Shown here: piece after piece, positions 63,449-64,000 of the stretch
How positions within the stretch are numbered: position 1 is the stretch's first letter
Layout of the letters: each line of letters starts with the position of its first letter
Assembly (NCBI GenBank): GCA_051362555.1
Contig: CM120642.1
Location: 24,056,001 to 24,120,000, forward strand
Direction: 5' to 3'
DNA: 64,000 bases
DNA from: Lingula anatina
Lineage: Eukaryota > Animalia > Brachiopoda
Program-made: the position numbers and the translations under genes
Notes under the pieces: generated by a model
Databases searched by the model: none
Seen by the model: the letters and a program-made list of their open reading frames with translations, nothing else
What the model was told of the DNA's origin: nothing

Positions 63449-64000
63449 TGACTTCTCATGATTTACTGTTATGAGTTCTTTGACTGTGTAACATATCATT
63501 GTCCGGAGGATATCATTTTCTTTAATATCTTAGCTTAAAATAAATACTGACATCAAACTGTTGATATGGTTTTCTGGGGTATTTTTTTCTTTTGAATGAC
63601 ATCTTATGTCAGATTTGATATTATTGACCAAAATATCTTACAATAGAAGACTGGATATTTTTATCACTCAATGACATACTTTTTTGATGAATCAAGCCCA
63701 AAAAAATTCAATCAGCACTCAAAAATAACACTGATAATAAATATTCCATATGAAGTTGTAACCATATATATATATATATATGGATGTGAATAACTTAGCT
63801 TCCTCTCTCCATTTTATTTTAAAAAAACCCCTACGGCCGTTTCGGCCGTATCAACAGTTTTTCGTCTAAGCAAAGATTGCATAGGTGTTGATAAACTGTT
63901 GATAATGATAACACCAGATACTCTGAATAAAAGAACTGAGATAATTACCATGTGTCGGCATAAAGTGACGTAGCTAACACGGCGTGCGACGTAAGTGTCG

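Overview
AT-rich invertebrate genomic DNA (lophotrochozoan, probably mollusc, inferred from gene families and repeat style) holding a compact innate-immune / anti-protease gene cluster. (1) 304-23333 (+): the 3' two-thirds of a secreted thioester-containing protein (iTEP/CD109/alpha-2-macroglobulin family). It has a furin site RKKR, thioester GCGEQ, the catalytic His and a C-terminal Cys signature. Its protease-sensitive 'bait' region is encoded by a tandem array of SEVEN intact, phase-locked (1->2) exons that appear mutually exclusive. Each ends in ...IRxxFPE[T/S]WLWxNx[S/T]x[G/R], and their N-terminal parts are radically different (Pro/Asn, Gly/Ala, Gly/Ser, Pro-Arg plus collagen-like, Arg-rich, Asp-rich, Pro/Met/Ser). 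Two decayed copies also lie in the array. (2) 27686-35325 (-): a four-exon secreted chitin-binding (CBM14) + C-type lectin gene. (3) 39448-57187: four small secreted pacifastin-like protease-inhibitor genes plus one pseudogene, with four different putative P1 residues. Two are fused to a CBM14 chitin-binding domain and two to a 4-Cys domain. (4) Many mobile elements: a tRNA-SINE, Harbinger-type MITEs with TWA target duplications, TIR elements, Helentron/HINE-like repeats, a LINE fragment and a broken Tc1/mariner transposase. Exon coordinates were read by hand from GT/AG sites and reading frames; no transcript data were available.
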